From IMG/VR virus record IMGVR_UViG_3300012971_000899, positions 1 to 46,001 of that record: 46,001 nucleotides of DNA. One strand, written 5' to 3'. Made by a program: the position numbers and the translations under genes. Under the pieces are notes generated by a model that had not been told where the DNA came from, did not search any database, and worked only from the letters and a program-made list of their open reading frames with translations. The DNA comes from a virus. Lineage: Duplodnaviria > Caudoviricetes. How positions within the stretch are numbered: position 1 is the first letter of the stretch; every line of letters begins with the position of its first letter. This document shows positions 41,848 through 46,001 of this stretch, piece by piece.

Positions 41848-44210
41848 GCCGCGATCTGGATCTCTTTGCCCAGCCCCCACGGCCCTGCGGTGATCTCAAC
41901 TTCGATCAATCCTTCGGGTAGGCGCAGCCCCAGCCCTGCCAGGCGCGCGAGCGCATCGGTAGTCATCACGCGCGCAATCACCTGCGCCTGGGAGTCTACC
42001 TGGTCCTCGGGCGCCTCGATCAGCAGCGCGTCGTGGACGTTGCCGACGATGCGCGCACCCAGGTCGTCGAGCAGCACCATCGCCGTCTGGGTGATGTCTG
42101 ACGCCAGCGACTGGGGCGGCATGTTGATACCGGAACGGATTTCGTCCTGATTGCCTGCCATGGCGCCCGGTAGACGACGCAGCCTGCCAATCGGGGAACG
42201 TGCCAGACCGGAGTTACGCAGCTTGATGGCCTCGAAGCGGTGCCACACGGGGAACTCTGGAAACACACGCTGGAACAGCGTGTGCAGGCGGCGCGCTTCG
42301 TTGTCCGACCAGTCGATCTGGGCCGATTTCCAGGCGTAGTCCTTCAGCCCCTGCCAGGAGATCTGGTAAAGCTGTGCCAGCACGGGCACCTTGCCCATGA
42401 TCTGGCGGTCGTCCTTGGTGATCAGTTCGGGCCGCTTCTTCAGCGCCAGCGCGGCAAACAGGCGGTAGATGTCCAGGTGCTCGTGGAACGCCCACAGCAT
42501 GCTGCTGCGCGGCACGCTGTCCCAGGACTGCGGCAGGCCGACGGCCATCCAGGCGCACAGGCGCGCCTCGATCTGGCGGTAGTCCGCGCTCAGCAGCACG
42601 CGACCTTCGGGTGCGCTGAAGATCGGCCGCACGCTGGTGTCCCTGGGGGTGGTGTGGAGGAACGACGCCAGGCGTCCCGTCTCCACGCTGGTGGTGCGGA
42701 ACTCGGGGTGGAAGCGGTGGTCGAAGCTGTACTTGGTGGCGCGATCCAGCGGTCGAAAGTAGGTCGAGATTTTCTTGCGGGGACGCCTGCAGTCCAGGAT
42801 CAGACGCGCCTCGGGGTAGAGTTGCGCGAGTCTGTTTACAACCTGTTCGGCTGTCGAAGGGTGTTTTTTACCGTTCTGCAGTACGGGTAAGCCTAGAGTC
42901 TGGTACAACCAGTGTGCTACTTGCGGATGGCTGGCAGGGTTAGCGATGGGGACCGCGCGGTCGGCGGCGTCTCGCTCCTGCCACGCCTGCCGTAACAGCA
43001 CCGCTGCGGTCCGGCGGTCGAGGTGGATGCCCCGAGCCAGCATGCGCTCCAGGGCGCGGAGCTTCGGCATCTCCACGACGCGGGCGTACGCTGCGAGCCA
43101 GGGGTCCTCCGCGAGGAGGACCTCTTCGCGTTCCCAGAGCAGGTAGCACGCGGCGGCGTCGTAGCCGTTGTACGGGTACAGGTCGTCCAGGCGGTGATAC
43201 TTGCGCGCGTCGATGTCCCAGTCGGGCCAGCCCAGGTGCGCGCGGCCCGCCCACTTGAGCGACTTGGACGCGTTCTCGTCCAGCAACTGCAGGCCGATCA
43301 TGGTGTCCCACGTGGGCTTCGGCAGGTAGCCCGTCAGGCGGTACCACACCAGGTCGTCGTACACGCCGTTGTGCACCAGGCGGGCGGACGGGTGGCCGTT
43401 GGACATGTACGGGCGCAGCATGCCCAGCCACTTGCCCACGTGGCGCCGCCAGGACCTGTCCGTCTCGGGGTGCATGATCGGCACCACCACAGCCTCCTGG
43501 CCCGTGAACGAGAACGCGATGGACCACGGGCGGAAGTTCACGTGCCACCACGGCTGGGTGTTGGCCTCGAAGTCGTACGCGACCATCGGCTCCGTCTCCA
43601 GCAGCCGCGTGATGCCGTACAGCGTCGAGTCGTAGCTCACCAGATCGACCCTGACAGGCGGTGTGGACGGCGGCGGCTGTAGCTCGCCCCTGATCAGGCG
43701 TCCGTAGCGCATGATGTCCGCCTGCCAGGAGGGCTCCTGGCCCTGGTTGCGCAGGATCGCGGCGGGATGCGCGACGGGCAGCACCCAGCACTGGTACTTC
43801 GCGGACCACTGCTCCTTGCCCTGCAGCACCGTCACGCGACCATGACCCGTCAGGCGCTGCAGCGGCACGTTGCCGAAGGCGAAGATCCACTGTGGGGCGA
43901 CGCGCTCGATCTCCTCGTCCAGGTACTGGGCGCACGCGCGGGCGTACTCCATGTCGGGGTCGCCCGCGCAGCCGAAGGCGTTGGTCAGGAACGCGCGTCG
44001 GATGCCCGCCTGCTGCAGTGCGTACTTCAGCTTCTGGCCCGATGGGCCGATGAACGGGTGTCCCTCCAGGTCCTCCTGGCGGCCAGGGTTGATGCCGATG
44101 GCCATGATCACTGGGCCCGCCCAGTCGGGATCGCCCCACCACTCCCCTGGCACGTTGGTGTGGATGACCGTGCCCCCGAGAGGGCACAGCCTGCAATTGG
44201 GATCTCTCAC
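41844..44210 (-). CDS. polA: Family A DNA polymerase with N-terminal uracil-DNA glycosylase domain and 3'-5' exonuclease (about 788 aa)
   Basis: UDG: CRLCPL, GINPG..ED..G.PFIG.SG, TNAFGC, HPAAILR; exonuclease: YDFE, HNGVYD, YNGYDA; polymerase: TGRLAS, ADYRQIEAR, K...L...Y, VHDAL. Confidence 0.93.
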   Translation of the reverse strand: MRDPNCRLCPLGGTVIHTNVPGEWWGDPDWAGPVIMAIGINPGRQEDLEGHPFIGPSGQKLKYALQQAGIRRAFLTNAFGCAGDPDMEYARACAQYLDEEIERVAPQWIFAFGNVPLQRLTGHGRVTVLQGKEQWSAKYQCWVLPVAHPAAILRNQGQEPSWQADIMRYGRLIRGELQPPPSTPPVRVDLVSYDSTLYGITRLLETEPMVAYDFEANTQPWWHVNFRPWSIAFSFTGQEAVVVPIMHPETDRSWRRHVGKWLGMLRPYMSNGHPSARLVHNGVYDDLVWYRLTGYLPKPTWDTMIGLQLLDENASKSLKWAGRAHLGWPDWDIDARKYHRLDDLYPYNGYDAAACYLLWEREEVLLAEDPWLAAYARVVEMPKLRALERMLARGIHLDRRTAAVLLRQAWQERDAADRAVPIANPASHPQVAHWLYQTLGLPVLQNGKKHPSTAEQVVNRLAQLYPEARLILDCRRPRKKISTYFRPLDRATKYSFDHRFHPEFRTTSVETGRLASFLHTTPRDTSVRPIFSAPEGRVLLSADYRQIEARLCAWMAVGLPQSWDSVPRSSMLWAFHEHLDIYRLFAALALKKRPELITKDDRQIMGKVPVLAQLYQISWQGLKDYAWKSAQIDWSDNEARRLHTLFQRVFPEFPVWHRFEAIKLRNSGLARSPIGRLRRLPGAMAGNQDEIRSGINMPPQSLASDITQTAMVLLDDLGARIVGNVHDALLIEAPEDQVDSQAQVIARVMTTDALARLAGLGLRLPEGLIEVEITAGPWGLGKEIQIAA

Positions 44211-44416
44211 ACCTCGTCGCCTTCCACGAAGGCGCGCTGCTCGGCCTCCATATTCGACATGCCCCACAGGTAGCCGCGCAGTTCGGTGACCGCCGCGTCG
44301 CGCTCGCTGTACGCCTTGAGCAACTCGTCCTCAAGCTCGCGGATACGCGCGTGGAGCCGCTCGAACTCGTCGAGCGGAATCTCCAGGTAGATGGTCTGGG
44401 GGTCAGGCATCGTCAC
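44207..44416 (-). CDS. Small coiled-coil protein (about 69 aa)
   Basis: LHARIRELEDELLKAYSERD; GGAGG upstream. Confidence 0.65.
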   Translation of the reverse strand: MTMPDPQTIYLEIPLDEFERLHARIRELEDELLKAYSERDAAVTELRGYLWGMSNMEAEQRAFVEGDEV

Positions 44417-45239
44417 CGAGTACCTCCTTCAGCAGTTCGGGCTCGCGGTCCAACTGCGCCTGGTACGCGTCGAAGTCCCACAGCTTGTTGAACTCGGCTT
44501 CGAACAGCGTGCGCAGGTCGTCCGGGTCCAGCGCGTCAAGCTCGACCTGCCACAGCCCGCCATGGCGGTTGATGAACGCCTGGGCGCGCGAGTCCACCTT
44601 GTCGAACGGCGAGACGGGCAGGTTGTACTGCTGGACGTGTCCTGGCAGCAGCGCCACGCGGCGGACCTCGATGCCCTCGACCCCGCAGCGGTCCTGAAAA
44701 TCGCGGTCGATGTCCTCGCCACTGGCGTCGTGGTCGCCAGCGTACAGCACGATCATCGGCTTGCGGTGGGCGCGCTGGAAGCGCTTCAGGTTGTCCACGA
44801 TGGTCTGCGAGGTGAAGCCTGCCAGCGCGGTGATGTACACGCTGTAGGCGTCGAACCAGTCGTGCAGGAAGCCGCGCGAGCCTGCCTTCTCGACGACCAC
44901 GGCGATGGTCACGGCCTGCCCGCGCATGCGGTCCACCTTGCAGATCTCACGGATGTGCTCGCGCAGCGCGTCGGCGTTCGCGAAGCCCTGCTCACGTGAC
45001 CACCAGCGCACGGTCTCATCCAGGTCGGGGAACACCCCCGCGCGCCGACCGACGGCCGTCAACTCCGACAGGCGTTTGTAGTCCGCCTGGGTGTTGACGT
45101 AGCCGTACACGCGGGCGAACTGGTCCGAGACCAACTCGTAGTGCAGTCGGCGGAGTGTCGGCGCGCGCCCGAAGCGCGTGGTGAATGCGTTGACCAGGTC
45201 CCGTGCCCTGGCGATGATCGGGTCCCATCCTCTCGGCAT
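44403..45239 (-). CDS. Spo11/Topoisomerase VI-A-like WH plus Toprim protein (278 aa)
   Basis: TLRRLHY (Spo11-type Tyr motif), VVVEK, YAGDHDASG (DxD), RVAL, VELDAL. Confidence 0.8.
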   Translation of the reverse strand: MPRGWDPIIARARDLVNAFTTRFGRAPTLRRLHYELVSDQFARVYGYVNTQADYKRLSELTAVGRRAGVFPDLDETVRWWSREQGFANADALREHIREICKVDRMRGQAVTIAVVVEKAGSRGFLHDWFDAYSVYITALAGFTSQTIVDNLKRFQRAHRKPMIVLYAGDHDASGEDIDRDFQDRCGVEGIEVRRVALLPGHVQQYNLPVSPFDKVDSRAQAFINRHGGLWQVELDALDPDDLRTLFEAEFNKLWDFDAYQAQLDREPELLKEVLGDDA

Positions 45240-45246
45240 GTGATGA

Positions 45247-45290
45247 ACGATACACGGACAGGACCCATCCTGTCAAAGATCAGACAGGAT
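45247..45290 (-). promoter_or_regulatory. Promoter (likely leaderless) with overlapping inverted-repeat operators
   Basis: TTGACA-18-TATCGT-7-ATG; GACAGGA half-sites at 45257, 45268 (inverted) and 45283. Confidence 0.7.
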
Positions 45291-45528
45291 TGGATCCGCC
45301 TGTGCAATTCCTGTGGGCAATCGCGGTCTGCAGGATGCTCAGGGCTTGCGGCGCGCTGTTGACGGAGATCGTGAGACGTACGTCCTGATCCCCAACTTTC
45401 ACCACCGCTTCGGCCGCGCCCAGCCCCGCGATGCCCCACGTGGGCGTCCAGTGCAACTGCGCCAGGGCGCCCGCGAGCAGTGCCTCAGCCAGGCTCGTGC
45501 GCTCGTCGGTTGTCAACTCAATTGCCAT
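45280..45528 (-). CDS. Hypothetical protein (82 aa)
   Basis: GGAGG RBS; overlaps the helicase end. Confidence 0.65.
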   Translation of the reverse strand: MAIELTTDERTSLAEALLAGALAQLHWTPTWGIAGLGAAEAVVKVGDQDVRLTISVNSAPQALSILQTAIAHRNCTGGSNPV

Positions 45529-46001
45529 TTATCTGCCTCCGTAACTGGTTGAGCATCATGCGCGCAAGCTGGACCTGGTTGGCGCCCTCCTTCAGGCCCA
45601 CCAACTGCACCTCGTCCTGGGTGTTGTCGCCCAGCAGGTAGATGATCTGGACGTGTCCCTTCTGGCCGATGCGCCACACGCGGCCCCACGTCTGCCGCCA
45701 GGCGACGACGCTGTTCTCCAGGGTGTAGAAGATCAGCGCGTCGGCCTCGGAGAGCGTGATGGCCACGCCGCCCGCACGCTGCTGCAGCAGCAGCACACGT
45801 GGGCCGTGCCCGTTCTGGAACCAATCCTCGATTTCAGGCCGCTGCTTCTCGGACACGTCGCCAGTGATCTTCATCACCTGGGTGCCGCGCGCCTGCAAGG
45901 CAAGCTCCAGCCGCTTGATGTCGTGGCTGAAGCGGCACGACACGACCACCTTCTGGTGCTCGCGCTCCGCCAGCATCTCCAGGCAGGCGTCCAGCTTGGA
46001 C
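45518..46001 (-). CDS. SNF2-family (SF2) helicase, C-terminal domain, 5'-truncated
   Basis: KVVVSCRF, ITGDVS, AGGVAITLSEA (motif V), QTWGRVWRIGQ (motif VI). Confidence 0.88.
   Translation of the reverse strand, partial: SKLDACLEMLAEREHQKVVVSCRFSHDIKRLELALQARGTQVMKITGDVSEKQRPEIEDWFQNGHGPRVLLLQQRAGGVAITLSEADALIFYTLENSVVAWRQTWGRVWRIGQKGHVQIIYLLGDNTQDEVQLVGLKEGANQVQLARMMLNQLRRQINGN

Larger units (their letters stand above)
1..46001. mobile_element. Tailed dsDNA bacteriophage genome segment (Caudoviricetes, podovirus-like inferred)
   Basis: TerL, portal, scaffold, major capsid, tail fibres and a family A DNA polymerase; tightly overlapping genes in two convergent arms; no host housekeeping genes. 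Confidence 0.97.

Noticed and set aside
1-46001. Genome-wide TAG recoding
   Set aside because: TAG ends several genes with the next gene starting in another frame (11753, 12336, 32372), and conserved genes are uninterrupted in the standard code
1-46001. tRNA, rRNA, integrase or att site
   Set aside because: None recognised by eye; intergenic space is minimal. A tRNA/Rfam scan would be needed to exclude small RNAs

Overview
This window is most of a high-GC tailed bacteriophage genome, truncated at both ends, with two convergent arms. The + strand (1-37979) is the virion module: a putative small terminase, small Lys-rich proteins, two fibres sharing an anchor domain, FN3-like and LGFP proteins, a C39-like peptidase, TerL, portal, three very large internal/ejection proteins (1507, 882 and 2591 aa; M23, GH73 and probable ART domains), scaffold, N4-gp56-type major capsid, adaptor, holin-like proteins, nozzle and an S74-chaperoned tail fibre. 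The - strand (38075-46001) is replication/recombination: SNF2-type helicase (partial), Spo11/TopoVI-A-like Toprim protein, UDG-fused family A DNA polymerase, Cas4-like nuclease, AAA_24 ATPase, DUF669-like SSB and VRR-NUC. I saw no tape measure, tail tube or integrase, so a podovirus-like virion is inferred; the host may be a monoderm such as Chloroflexota or Actinomycetota (inference). The strongest unexplained signals are: (1) a recurrent xG[AGTM]GQ motif, usually followed by D/E, that sits at domain boundaries of the three giant proteins (candidate polyprotein-processing or docking system); (2) an unannotated 38-aa ORF between scaffold and capsid that copies the capsid N-terminal arm and adds a Lys/Arg tail; (3) many tiny basic peptides; (4) a 12-bp inverted repeat covering the TerL start codon; (5) a leaderless, operator-flanked Spo11-like gene; (6) a LAGLIDADG stub. 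All family assignments come from motif recognition by eye; no searches were run.
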